The notes beneath the pieces are model-generated. The model saw only the letters and a list, made by a program, of their open reading frames with translations. It had not been told where the DNA came from and did no database searches. DNA of 64,000 bases from the NCBI GenBank assembly GCA_002269645.1, contig NIVC01003178.1, positions 49,890-113,889 of the forward strand. The letters run 5' to 3'. Origin of the DNA: Macrostomum lignano (lineage: Eukaryota). This document shows positions 20,701-34,500 of the stretch, one piece after another; positions within the stretch are counted from its first letter, which is position 1; each line of letters begins with the position of its first letter. The translations under genes were made by a program, and so were the position numbers.

Positions 20701-23700
20701 TTTGGAGCTTAAAAAGGTTAGTTTTTCACTATAAAAATAGCCTAGAGTTAACAAATAATAACTATGATGAGCGAGAATTATAATAAACAGCTGTGAGGCA
20801 AAGATGTTACTAGGTTAGTTAGGCCTTAATTCATGTAATTGTAAGATAATTATTTGAACTGAACATGCGTTTCAAATTTTTGCTGCCAAAAGTTGGGGTG
20901 TGTATAAAAGCTGGCACTGGCACATTGGACACATTGGACACCCCTTTTTATAACAAAATTAGATATGAAAATGCAGAATAAACTTGCGGAGATACTTTTA
21001 AATAATTTAAAAAATTGATAATAATAGAAATGACATCCTTGCTTTCGTGATAGATGATTTGTTAAATATTCTTTGTATTATCGTTTTTTGTACATGTTTA
21101 ATTTGGCATTCGATTTTTTAAAATAATCGCACATGCAAAAACTGCAGCTTGCAATGCTATTACACTGTGATTTTACTACCCGAAGGTTCTGTACTACAGG
21201 CGTACCGATTTAATGCTAAATATGTCTGATATATGAAATGATCAAACTAATAGTCAGAACTCAATTTTCCATAAAATGATGAAGCATTCTGCTCTTATAA
21301 AAAAACCACAACTTATTTTGTTAGGATTACTTCATGAAGAACGAACTTTGGATATTCCAAATTGCAAGTATTTCTATATTAAAAAAGTTAATACATTGGC
21401 AGATTATTTGATGAAAAAATTGCACCCAAAAAGTTTTTTTTTACTTTGTAAGATGATGATTAAATTAATAATTTCCAAGCTTCTTCTTTTATTAGTTCAA
21501 TTACTTTTTGTATGATTTCAACCAACAAAAAAAGGAATAGCTACTCAGTGAAAGTTCAAATTACAGTCTCTTCTTTACATACAATCCTTTTAAGAAAACA
21601 TTATTATGAATAATTTGCCAAGTCATGATATTTAAGAAATTGTGCTAATCATTTAAATTATGAGTTAAAAAATGCAAGCATATAAGTAAAAAATCTACCT
21701 CACAGACCAAGAAGTCTTTTTACTGAAAGTTTATATATGACACTTTGAAAAAACAACATATAAACCATCTTCACATAACATTTATTGTCATTTATTTCAG
21801 ACCTAAATCCTTTAGCACATAAATATTCTGCACGTATGTTGCAGGGTATACTTCCTTCTTCTAAAATCCTACAAATGCCACAAAGTTTTAATAGGCAAAT
21901 TTATTCGTATTGTTTATATTAATATTTCTATATTTATGAGAAGTTTTCCAATAAGAACAAGTTCCCAATCAGTAAAACACTATATTTTAATTCTAATGTC
22001 CAAAATTATGGCATTCTAAGGGACCAAGTGATAGGTTTTAAGCTACTATTAGCACCTGCATGATTTATTTATTTAATACCTACACATTCCTTAATGTCTA
22101 TAGTTCGCCTAATTGCCTAATTGCTAACCCTAATTCTAGCCTTCTTGGCTTACAAGTTTGAGTCTTCACAGCATATTATTCAATTCAAGCCCTACTAATT
22201 TTATTAGCCTCTCTTAATTTTATAAAATAATAATTTTCTTTAGTGTAACTGCTCCAAAAATTTCAACTTTAATTTAAGTGGTGTGCCGAAACACCACTTG
22301 CACCATTACAGCCGTCTATAATTTTTTTGTGCTAATTGGTTGACCACTTTCAATAATTTTCTTGGGTCAAGAGTGTGATATATGCATATTGCAGCATGAA
22401 TTTTTTAAAGAATCCCTAATTTTATACAAGGAATCATATATATTTATAGAAAGTTAGCTCTTAGAGTAGAGATAAAGTACATAAGACTATTAATAGCAAC
22501 TTTTCATACAATTGCTTATGGTAATGATTTCTATTGTTATAAAGTTACAAATAAATAAAAAGTTACATTGCATTTAAACTGTACTTTATGAGTTGTAAGC
22601 CTTTCAACTCAGAGTGCACTTCAATTGCTTTAATATACATTGCTAGATGTTATTTAGCATTTCTTTGTTATTTATCATTTAACTCATTGCATTGTTTAAT
22701 TGCTAATTTCATTTGCTCGGCTGCAATATTTATTACTTTTTATTAATGCCAATGTTTGTAATACTTTTTCTCCCCATTTTTAGTGTTTGTGGTATTCTTT
22801 TGTCAAATTTTAATTTTCCGCTGTATCTATCTTTACAAAAAATTGTACCTGTAAACTTATGGTTTTTTGCTTACAATGGTACTGTACTAAATTATATTTA
22901 TTTCCTTGTTAGATTCTCTAAATTGAAAAAGTAATGCACTGCTTTATTATCATGCATATTGAATATTAAGGATAGTTAGTATTCCTTCCTTGAAAAAGAT
23001 TCTAGAGTTGGATTCTATTTGATAAGAGAATAAATAATTTATTGAGTTTAAATGTTTTTAAAACATTAATTAATTGCATTTTGATTGAAATCACAACTTA
23101 AAAAAATTATTCGTTATTTTATTTAAGACACGGGGGATTTTAAAAATCCATATTAACAGCAAATCAAACATTATGGGAGAGAGAGAGAGAGAAGGATTAG
23201 ATTCACTTTCACCATTGCTGTTGATTTATGGAAAGGCAGTAAACAAGCCAGAGCAGCTGCAAATAGTCAAATATGCCATGTCCGGCAATAAAATTCTGCA
23301 ACTAGTCTGCTGCTCACTTTTTCCAACGTTTATTGAGGACAAGAAACGGCATTTAATGTTTCTATGTTTTCTGTAAGTGCACCAACTAGGTAAATGAAAA
23401 TGACGTACCGAAAGTAGTTCGACAATAAAGCAAGATAAGAAATGAATTTAAATGTAGAATAAAACTTGTTGATACTACCAATCTCATGGTTGTTAGAAGT
23501 ATATGAAAAAGTGCAATTATAAATAAATATTTACATTTTTATTTGAAAGCCAAAGTATATTTATTCAAGCAAAACAACGATCAAAACTCGATTTTTGTTA
23601 ACATAAGGGGTGTCCAATGTGCCAATGGTGCCCTGCTTTTATACAGACCCCCAAAAGTTGAATACTTTTCTATTTTTAAATTAGATTTAACAAATAAACA

Positions 23701-25016
23701 AAGTTGGACTTCATCTTCGAGTCACTGTATTATTATATACAAATTAAACAACTACTTAAATTGGACCACTTTATCAATAAAATAACCGAGGATCTGCTTT
23801 ATATTTTGGCACGAGGGACACGAGAGCTTAAAGAGGATTTTCGCATTACCAATTCCATAAGATTTGAGACGCATTCGAGGTGCATTGAAGAATCGGTTAG
23901 GGTCTTCTAAGAAAATAGTAGTAGTAGTATAACTATTTAACTTTGTTTGAAATTTGAATGCCTTATAGCAGCCTCACTTTGCGCAATTTTTCACTTTCTT
24001 GGCTATTGCCATTTAATAATTACAACTTTATAGCTATTAAAGCTTTCTAGTTTTGGAGACAAAAAGTTATACTTTACAAATTGGATTGGTAATAGAACCA
24101 GAACCAAGGACAACTTGATAACTCAGGACCGGAAACGAGCCAATTCATGGCGAAAAAAAGTATGAGGCTCGTTTAAAAGCATTGTTCTATGGCCCATCCA
24201 AAGCTACGAAAGCGAAGAAATCTGAGCTTAAAATTGAGTATCTTTACAGACAGTATGCCATACATGAATTTCGAAAATATGTGAAAGTCGACGTGTTTTC
24301 TTTTGAAAAAATGTTTGCAGGATAGCTGTGGGCAATCGTGGCGCAATAACTTCAGGGTCTCAGCGACATCATCCCACTGCCGTCGGTGCGGCAATTCTGC
24401 CAATTCCGCCGACTCCTGCATGAGCACATGCAATAGTGCGGATAATGTACGCAATAAATAATGATTTCATTAAAGAAGTAACAGTGCTCAGTTTGGACAA
24501 CAATAGCAGAGAAACAACACTTTTGTGCACGAGACAACAAAAAAGGGGCTAATTAATCAATATTAAAATTTATTTCAGCTGAATAGTGTACACAAATATT
24601 GTATGCACAATAGTCAACACAATAATTTATCATTGCAATTCAAAGGAGCACGGATAAATATTAGATATACTGAACGCAGTTTTGATCGCAAATTTAGAAC
24701 AGACTTATAATTAATTCAAATTAACAATTTTAAACAATTAAAACGCTGAGACAAAATAAAAGTGTGTTGCGGGCATATTGGACACGATTTACAAAAATAT
24801 TTGTAACTTCCGAATATCTTGTTTACATTGCAATCTGGGAGCATATAATAAGTAGTTCAAAAGAAATTTTCAAATAAAAGAGAACTAACACAGTATACCA
24901 GTGTTGCGAGAGTATAGTGCATTCCAATAGTTAATCAAAATCAGCCAGACTTATGTCAAGTAAACACAGTTTATTCACAGTTCTATCATAAATAACACAT
25001 GAAGGTCGGGCTCCGA

Positions 25017-28000
25017 TCAGCGCCTGCAGACTCTCAGCATCCAGGCTGGCGACACCAGCGAAGTGAAGAATCCGGCCAGGTTGGCCTCGACAAGGTGAAG
25101 CGACAGCAGCAGGCCAATCAGGGCGCAGGTTAGCGACACCATAATGGGCACCAGCGAGAGTAGCGGCGATGCGCTACTGTTCAGTAGAGTCTGAGGGGTT
25201 TTTAATGCAATTTTCATTTATTTTTAGGCAAAAACAGAAGCTTGGAAAATATTTTACAGACACTACTTACCAGTAGCGAGCAAAGAAGATGCGAGCCCCA
25301 CACATAAGCTAAAAAGTACAGCCGACGGTCCTCAATGCAGACAAACGTGACGACTGTCCAGCAGATGTTGAGAAAGACAAACATCAGCGCCAGCACCGAG
25401 GACACCAGCAGGAAGCCCTCGTGCTCTCCGCCGAGCCCGACGGAGCCGGGGCCGGAAATATCGGCCAGCAGGTTCACCATGGAGAAGGCGCCAGCCATGA
25501 AGCCGAAGCCCAGGCCGCAAACTGACGGATGGGCGAGTGGGATTGGTGGGTTCGAGTGAGTACTGCTCTGAAAAATTGCAAGGAACTGGAGGCTGTAGGG
25601 CTATGGAGAGAATTACTCGATTACAGGAATGAGCTGCCAGAATTGAAAAGGGAGCTGTCAGAGATGAAAAAGGCAACTGTTAGAACTGAGAAGGGAATTG
25701 TAAGAATTGGGAAGGGAACTGTCAGAATTGGGAAGGGAACTGCCAGAGTTGGGAAGGGAACTGTCAGAATTGGGAAGGGAACTGCCAGAATTGGGAAGGG
25801 AACTGTCAGAATTGGGAAGGGAACTGCCAGAATTGGGAAGGGAGCTGTCAGAATTGGGAAGGGAACTGTCAGAATTGGGAAGGGAACTGTCAGAATTGGG
25901 AAGGGAGCGGTCAGAATTGGGAAGGGAACTGCCAGAATTGGGAAGGGAACTGCCAGAATTGGGAAGGGAACTGTCAGAATTGGGAAGGGAGCGGTCAGAA
26001 TTGGGAAGGGAACTGTCAGAATTGGGAAAAGAACTGTCAGAATTGGGAAGGAAACTGTCAGAATTGGGAAGGGAACTGTCAGAATTGGGAAGGGAACTGT
26101 CAGAATTGGGAAGGGAACTGTCAGAATTGGGAAGGGAACTGTCAGAATTGGGAAGGGAACTGTCAGAATTGGGAAGGGAACTGTCAGAATTGGGAAGGGA
26201 ACTGTCAGAATTGGGAAGGGAACTGTCAGAGTTGAGAAGGGAACTGTCAGAATTGGGAAGGGAACTGTCAGAATTGGGAAGGGAACTGTGAGAATTGGGA
26301 AGGGAACTGTCAGAATTGGGAAGGGAACTGTCAGAATTGGGAAGGGAACTGTCAGAATTGGGAAGGGAACTGTCAGAATTGGGAAGGGAGCTGTCAGAAT
26401 TGGGAAGGGAGCTGTCAGAGTTGGGAAGGGAGCTGTCAGAGTTGGGAAGGGAACTGCCAGAATTGGGAAGGGAACTGCCAGAATTGGGAAAGGAACTGTC
26501 AGAATTGGGAAGGGAACTGTGAGAATTGGGAAAGGAACTGTCAGAATTGGGAAAGGAACTGTCAGAATTGGGGAAGGAACTGTTGAGAATTGGGGAAGGA
26601 ACTGTCAGAATTGGGGAAGGAACTGTCAGAATTAGGGAAGGAACTGTGAGAATTGGTAAAGGAACTGCGAGAATTGGGAAAGGAACTGTGAGAATTGGGA
26701 AGGGAACTGTGAGAATTGGGAAGGGAACTGCCAGAATTGGGAAAGGAACTGTGAGAATTGGGAAGGGAACTGCCAGAATTGGGAAAGGAACTGAGAGAAT
26801 TGGGAAAGGAACTGTGAGAATTGGGAAAGGAACTGTGAGAATTGGAAAAGGAACTGTGAGAATTGGGAAAGGAACTGTGAGAATTGGGAAAGGAACTGCC
26901 AGAATTGGGAAAGGAACTGTGAGAATTGGGAAATGAACTGCCAGAATTGGGAAAGGAACTGTGAGAATTGGGAAAGGAACTGAGAGAATTGGGAAAGGAA
27001 CTGCCAGAATTGGGAAGGGAACTGCCAGAATTGGGAAATGAACTGTGAGAATTGGGAAAGGAACTGTGAGAATTGGGAAGGGAACTGCCAGAATTGGGAA
27101 GGGAACTGTGAGAATTGGGAAGGGAACTGTCAGAATTGGGAAGGGAACTGTCAGAATTGGGAAGGGAACTGCCAGAATTGGGAAGGGAACTGCCAGAATT
27201 GGGAAATGAACTGTGAGAATTGGGAAAGGAACTGTGAGAATTGGGAAGGGAACTGTGAGAATTGGGAAGGAAACTGCCAGAATTGGGAAGGGAACTGTAA
27301 GAATTGGGAAGGGAACTGCCAGAATTGGGAAGGGAACTGTCAGAATTGGGAAGGGAACTGCCAGAATTGGGAAGGGAACTGTGAGAATTGGGAAGGGAAC
27401 TGTCAGAATTGGGAAGGGAACTGTCAGAATTGGGAAGGGAACTGCCAGAATTGGGAAGGGAACTGCCAGAATTGGGAAATGAACTGTGAGAATTGGGAAA
27501 GGAACTGTGAGAATTGGGAAGGGAACTGCCAGAATTGGGAAGGGAACTGTCAGAATTGGGAAGGGAACTGCCAGAATTGGGAAATGAACTGTGAGAATTG
27601 GGAAAGGAACTGTGAGAATTGGGAAGGGAACTGTGAGAATTGGGAAGGAAACTGCCAGAATTGGGAAGGGAACTGTCAGAATTGGGAAGGAATTGGGAAG
27701 GGAACTGCCAGAATTGGGAAGGGAACTGCCAGAATTGGGAAGGGAACTGCCAGAATTGGGAAGGGAACTGTCAGAATTGGGAAGGGAACTGCCAGAATTG
27801 GGAAGGGAACTGCCCGAATTGGGAAGGGAACTGCCAGAATTGGGAAGGGAACTGCCAGAATTGGGAAGGGAACTGCCAGAATTGGGAAGGGAACTGTCAG
27901 AATTGGGAAGGGAACTGCCAGAATTGGGAAGGGAACTGCCAGAATTGGGAAGGGAACTGCCAGAATTGGGAAGGAAACTGCCAGAATTGGGAAGGGAACT

Positions 28001-30435
28001 GTGAGAATTGGGAAGGGAACTGCCAGAATTGGGAAGGGAACTGCCAGAATTGGGAAGGGAACTGTCAGAATTGGGAAGGGAACTGCCAGAATTGGGAAGG
28101 GAACTGCCAGAATTGGGAAGGGAACTGTGAGAATTGGGAAGGGAACTGTCAGAATTGGGAAGGGAACTGTCAGAATTGGGAAGGGAACTGCCAGAATTGG
28201 GAAGGGAACTGCCAGAATTGGGAAATGAACTGTGAGAATTGGGAAAGGAACTGTGAGAATTGGGAAGGGAACTGCCAGAATTGGGAAGGGAACTGTCAGA
28301 ATTGGGAAGGGAACTGCCAGAATTGGGAAATGAACTGTGAGAATTGGGAAAGGAACTGTGAGAATTGGGAAGGGAACTGTGAGAATTGGGAAGGAAACTG
28401 CCAGAATTGGGAAGGGAACTGTCAGAATTGGGAAGGAATTGGGAAGGGAACTGCCAGAATTGGGAAGGGAACTGCCAGAATTGGGAAGGGAACTGCCAGA
28501 ATTGGGAAGGGAACTGTCAGAATTGGGAAGGGAACTGCCAGAATTGGGAAGGGAACTGCCAGAATTGGGAAGGGAACTGCCAGAATTGGGAAGGGAACTG
28601 CCAGAATTGGGAAGGGAACTGCCAGAATTGGGAAGGGAACTGTCAGAATTGGGAAGGGAACTGCCAGAATTGGGAAGGGAACTGCCAGAATTGGGAAGGG
28701 AACTGCCAGAATTGGGAAGGGAACTGCCAGAATTGGGAAGGGAACTGTGAGAATTGGGAAGGGAACTGCCAGAATTGGGAAGGGAACTGCCAGAATTGGG
28801 AAGGGAACTGTCAGAATTGGGAAGGGAACTGCCAGAATTGGGAAGGGAACTGCCAGAATTGGGAAGGGAACTGCCAGAATTGGGAAGGGAACTGCCAGAA
28901 TTGGGAAGGGAACTGTCAGAATTGGGAAGGGAACTGCCAGAATTGGGAAGGGAACTGCCAGAATTGGGGAGGGAACTGCCAGAATTGGGAAGGGAACTGC
29001 CAGAATTGGGAAGGGAACTGTGAGAATTGGGAAGGGAACTGCCAGAATTGGGAAGGGAACTGCCAGAATTGGGAAGGGAACTGCCAGAATTGGGAATCAG
29101 CTGACAAAGCAAGCCCTGAGTGTGTGACTGCTCTTACCGTAGGACAGAGAGTGCAGGTGCAAAATCTTCACGGGCCGGCCGGTCCCGGCGGTCAGAGTGA
29201 CCTGGTCAGCGTCCGTCAGCGGCTCTGAGCCGCCAGCGGAGGAGGCAGCCGCGGCCCCGCCTCCGCCTCCGCTGCTGCCACCGCCGCCGCTGCCGCCGGT
29301 CGCGTTATCGGACATGGACTGCTGCGAAGTCTCCTCAGCTGAGGCGTCCTCGGCCAGGGCGATTTTCTGCAGACCTTCTTCGGCTCGCCTGTGGGGATGG
29401 GACAGCGAATGAAGGGGAAATTGGAGGGCGATTCTTTAGGGTTGGAGGCGATTTTTCTGGACAGAGAGGCGATTTCTTAAGGGCTGGAGGGCGATTCTTT
29501 AGGGTTGGAGGGCGATTTTTCTGGACAGAGAGGCGATTTCTTAAGGGCTGGAGGGCGATTCTTTAAGGTTGGAGGCGATTTTTCTGGACTGAGAGGCGAT
29601 TTCTTAAGGGCTGGAGGGCGATTCTTTAGGGTTGGAGGGCGATTTTTCTGAACATAGAGGCGATTTCTTAAGGGATGGAGGGCGTTTCTTTAGGCTTGGA
29701 GGGCGATTTTTCTGGACTGAGAGGCGATTCCTTAAGGGCTGGAGGGCGATTTTTCTGGACTGAGAGGCGATTCCTTAAGGGCTGGAAAGCGATTCTTTAG
29801 GGTTGGAGGGCGATTTTTCTGAACATAGAGGCGATTTCTTAAGGGATGGAGGGCGTTTCTTTAGGCTTGGAGGGCGATTTTTCTGGACTGAGAGGCGATT
29901 CCTTAAGGGCTGGAGGGCGATTTTTCTGGACTGAGAGGCGATTCCTTAAGGGCTGGAAAGCGATTCTTTAGGGTTGGAGGGCTATTTTAAAAGGAGTAAA
30001 AGAATGAATATTAGAGAAAATCCTTAGGCTTAGAATGCAATCGATTCCCAAGTTAGTCATCAGGTGAACATCCTAAGGACAAGAAGGCCAATTTACTTGA
30101 TAAAAAAAGTAGAAGGCGATCCGGATAGCCTCCTGGAACAAAATTGACACGACCATGCTGAACACCAGCTGTTTCCGGAGCGGCACAACTGCGAACCATA
30201 CTATTGACGACAGTAGCAATGACAGTAGCCAGAAAAAGGCGCTGAAATGACAAATTCATAAATTCAATGATATAACACTTTATCTACAGCTGGCTAGCAA
30301 AAAGTGCAAAGTAATTAATTACCTGCAAGTTAAAATGATAATCTTAAGCGGATTATTGGCCACGGTGAAGATGAACATAATTAGCGCTGGAGAGAAGCTG
30401 ATCAGAGAGCAGCCGAAAAACTCGAGCAGGGTCAT
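25017..30435 (-). CDS. APH1: Gamma-secretase subunit Aph-1; exons 30435-30323, 30241-~30097, 29388-29138, 25521-25271, 25190-25017; extra T in the T7 run at 30102-30108
   Basis: MTLLEFFGCSLISFSP, SAFFWLLSLLLSSIVWF, FQEAIR, KRAEEGL, GLGFGFMAGAFSMVNLLADISGPGSVG, H in GSHLL; canonical splice sites. Confidence 0.93.
25680..29097. repeat. 21-bp minisatellite in an APH1 intron
   Basis: (GAATTGGGAAGGGAACTG[TC/CC]A)n, about 160 copies. Confidence 0.97.
29420..29985. repeat. Compound minisatellite in an APH1 intron
   Basis: GGAGGGCGATTTTTCTGGAC / GGCGATTTCTTAAGGGCT units. Confidence 0.85.
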
Positions 30436-30509
30436 GGCTGCTGAAGCTGGTTGGCTGGAACATGTATTCATAGCGATCGATGCAGTTGCGTATCAATAAA
30501 TATATCTGT

Positions 30510-31170
30510 TCCCTAGCCAATCAAAAATCGACCGATCTGTTCCCTAGCCAATCAAAAATCGACCGATCTGTTCCCTAGCCAATCAAAAATCGACCGATCT
30601 GTTTCCTAGCCAATCAAAAATCGACCGATCTGTTCCCTAGCCAATCAAAAATCGACCGATCTGTTCCCTAGCCAATCACAGATCGGCAGGCTGTTCCCTA
30701 TCCAATCACAGATCGGCAGGCAGTTTCCTTTCCTAGCCAATCACAGATCTACAGAAGGCTGTTCCCAAGACAGTCACAGATCTACAGAAGGCTGTTCCCA
30801 AGACAGTCACAGATCTACAGAAGGCTGTTCCCTAGACAGTCACAGATCTACAGAAGGCTATTCCCTAGCCAATCACAGATCTACAGAAGGCTGTTCCCTA
30901 GCCAATCACAGATCTACAGAAGGCTGTTCCCTATCCAATCACAGACCTACAGAAGGCTGTTCCCTACCCAATCACAGATCTACAGAAGGCTGTTCCCTAT
31001 CCAATCACAGACCTACAGAAGGCTGTTCCCTATCCAATCACAGACCTACAGAAGGCTGTTCCCTATCCAATCACAGACCTACAGAAGGCTGTTCCCTATC
31101 CAATCACAGACCTACAGAAGGCTGTTCCCTACCCAATCACAGACCTACAGAAGGCTGTTCCCTACCCAAT
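30510..31170. repeat. ~33-bp minisatellite between APH1 and AMACR
   Basis: CCAATCACAGATCTACAGAAGGCTGTTCCCTA-type units. Confidence 0.88.
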
Positions 31171-31579
31171 CACATCGGGTCATCGGATCTTAACAATCAC
31201 GAATCTACAAAAGGCAAAATAGTCAAACGGATGAGTCATAGGACGTCTTGTTTTAACAATATTCGACCGGAGTCTGAGCATAACTTTCGGTTGTATGTTC
31301 TTAACTTTCAAGCAGGAAAATCAGAATTAAAAAAATCAACAAATAAGGTCTTGCTTCAGTAATGTGAAAACAAGTACAAATTAAGGCACCTCTATAGTTA
31401 TAAAATGAATTTGCAAGAGAAGTTAATTATGAGCTGAAGCCGAAAGTTAAAGTCCTACGTTATATACTGGTAGTTTACAATAAACAGGGATATGGTTTTT
31501 GATGTTCTAATATTGAAACGAGCAGCAGCGGACTATGAAAGAGGCTTCAAAGACTGCAGACTGGAAGAAAAAAAGATTA

Positions 31580-34500
31580 TCAAAGCCGCCCCGACGGGCT
31601 GCCGTCGGTGCTGCACTGCACAGCCCGACCTTCGGCCAGCAGCTGTCGAATCTCGGCCTCTGAGTAGCCGAGCTCGGCCAGCAGGCCGCAGGTGTGCTCG
31701 CCAATCCGGGGCGACCGGCCGGGCTGGAACGGCTCGTCCGGCCCGACCCCGGAGCCGTCGGGAGCGACGCTGGCGAAGCGCGGCGGCCGGGGCAGGTGGT
31801 GGCCGGGTGTGTCTGCCGACGGGGAGAACGAGGCCCGGACAGCGGCGTGCGGGTTGGCCTGCGCCTCGGACAGCTCTTCGACTGCGTTCACGCAGGCGTC
31901 CGGCCCGAATCTGTGAGTAGATTTGGCGCCAGGGATTCGAAAAGTGAGGACTCTGGTGGAATGGATCTGGAATTTTTAGGGATTCAGGTGTGGGGATCTG
32001 GGAGGGTGGGGATTCAGGTGTTGGTGATTTGAGAGTGAGGATTCAGGTGTGGGGTCTGAGAGGGTAGGGATTCCGGTGTGGGGATCTGCGAGGGTGGGGA
32101 TTCAGGTGTGGGGATCTGGGAGGGTGGGGATTCCGGTGTGGGGATCTGCGAGGGTGGGGATTCAGGTGTGGGGATCTGGGAGGGTGGGGATTCAGGTGCT
32201 AGGAATTTGAGAGGGTGGGGATTCAGGTGTGGGGATCTGTGAGGGTGGGGATTCAGGTGTGGGGATCTGCGAGGGTGGGGATTCAGGTGTGGGGATCTGG
32301 GAGGGTGGGGATTCCGGTGTGGGGATCTGCGAGGGTGGGGATTCAGGTGTGGGGATCTGGGAGGGTGGGGATTCAGGTGCTAGGAATTTGAGAGGGTGGG
32401 GATTCCGGTGTGGGGATCTGCGAGGGTGGGGATTCAGGTGTGGGGATCTGGGAGGGTGGGGATTCAGGTGCTAGGAATTTGAGAGGGTGGGGATTCAGGT
32501 GTGGGGATCTGCGAGGGTGGGGATTCAGGTGTGGGGATCTGGGAGGGTGGGGATTCAGATGTGGGGATTTTAGAGGGTGGGAATTCAGGTGTGGGGATTG
32601 AGAGGGTAGGGATTCAGGTGTGGGGATCTGGGAGATTGGGGATTCAGGTGTGGGTATCTAGGATGTTGCGAGTTCAGATGTTGGGAATACGGAATTGGGA
32701 TTCCGAACTTCCTCTCTCACCTGGACAGCCAGTCGTCCCTAGTCCTGGTGCCGATGATCTTAGTCACTGTGGCGATGGCCCCGGCTGCATCCTCGGTGGC
32801 CTGTGGCAGCTCCGCCTCGGTGAGGCCAAGTCCGGCCACAAAAGCGGCGTAGAACTGCGGCTCCAGCGCGCCAACGGCCAGGTGGCGGCCGTCCAGGCAG
32901 CGGTAGCAGCGGTAGAAGTGCGCGCCGCCGTCCAGGATGTTCTCGCCGGGCCTGGCGCCGTCGCGCCAGACGAACAGATCGCGCGAGGCAAACAGCCAGC
33001 TGGCCAGGTAGGCGGCGCCCTCCGTCAGGTTGGCGTCGAGGATTCGGCCGAGGCCGGTGGCCTGGCGCTCGAATAGGGCGGCCACAATGCCTGCGGAGTT
33101 GGAGAGGATTTTCAATTGGGATCTGGGGAGCTGACGGTTGGGAATCAGGGTGTTGATGTAGGGACTCCAGGGTTGGGATTTGTGTGAAAAGGTTATGGTT
33201 GGTATCTGGGTGTCAGGGACTGGGTGTCAGGGACTCTGGGTTGATATCTGGGTGTCAGGGAGTCAGGGTTGGTATCTGGGTGTCAGGGACTCTGGGTTGG
33301 GATCTGGGTGTGAGGGACAATGGGTCGGGATCTGGGTGTGAGGGACAATGGGTCGGGATCTGGGTGTGAGGGAAAATGGTTGGGATCTGGGTGTGAGGGA
33401 CTCTGGGTTGGGATCTGGGTGTGAGGGACTCTGGGTTGGGATCTGGGTGTGAGGGACAATGGGTTGGGATCTGGGTGTCAGTGACACTGGGTTGGGATCT
33501 GGGTGTCAGTGACACTGGGTTGGGATCTGGGTGTCAGTGACAATGGGTTGGGATCTGGGTGTGAGTGACACTGGGTTGGGATCTGGGTGTCAGTGACACT
33601 GGGTTGGGATCTGGGTGTCAGTGACAATGGGTTGGGATCTGGGTGTCAGTGACACTGGGTTGGGATCTGGGTGTCAGTGACAATGGGTTGGGATCTGGGT
33701 GTCAGTGACAATGGGTTGGGATCTGGGTGTCAGTGACAATGGGTTGGTATCTGGGTGTCAGGGACTCTGGGTTGGGATCTGGGTGTCAGTGACAATGGGT
33801 TGGGATCTGGGTGTCAGTGACAATGGGTTGGGATCTGGGTGTCAGTGACAATGGGTTGGGATCTGGGTGTCAGTGACAATGGGTTGGGATCTGGGTGTCA
33901 GTGACAATGGGTTGGGATCTGGGTGTCAGTGACAATGGGTTGGGATCTGGGTGTCAGTGACAATGGGTTGGGATCTGGGTGTCAGTGACAATGGGTTGGG
34001 ATCTGGGTGTCAGTGACAATGGGTTGGGATCTGGGTGTGAGTGACACTGGGTTGGGATCTGGGTGTCAGTGACACTGGGTTGGGATCTGGGTGTCAGTGA
34101 CAATGGGTTGGGATCTGGGTGTCAGTGACACTGGGTTGGGATCTGGGTGTCAGTGACAATGGGTTGGGATCTGGGTGTCAGTGACAATGGGTTGGGATCT
34201 GGGTGTCAGTGACAATGGGTTGGGATCTGGGTGTCAGTGACAATGGGTTGGGATCTGGGTGTCAGTGACAATGGGTTGGGATCTGGGTGTCAGTGACAAT
34301 GGGTTGGGATCTGGGTGTCAGTGACAATGGGTTGGGATCTGGGTGTCAGTGACAATGGGTTGGGATCTGGGTGTCAGTGACAATGGGTTGGGATCTGGGT
34401 GTCAGTGACAATGGGTTGGGATCTGGGTGTCAGTGACAATGGGTTGGGATCTGGGTGTCAGTGACAATGGGTTGGGATCTGGGTGTCAGTGACAATGGGT

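Noticed and set aside
24173-24540. Short ORFs in a locally CpG-containing patch, considered as the NDUFAB1 first exon or a small gene
   Set aside because: No recognisable motif and no consistent splice phase could be established.
25529-29228. Long ORFs with RIGKGTV, ELGRELS or NWEGNCQ repeats
   Set aside because: They are translations of a 21-bp intronic minisatellite that is open in several frames on both strands.
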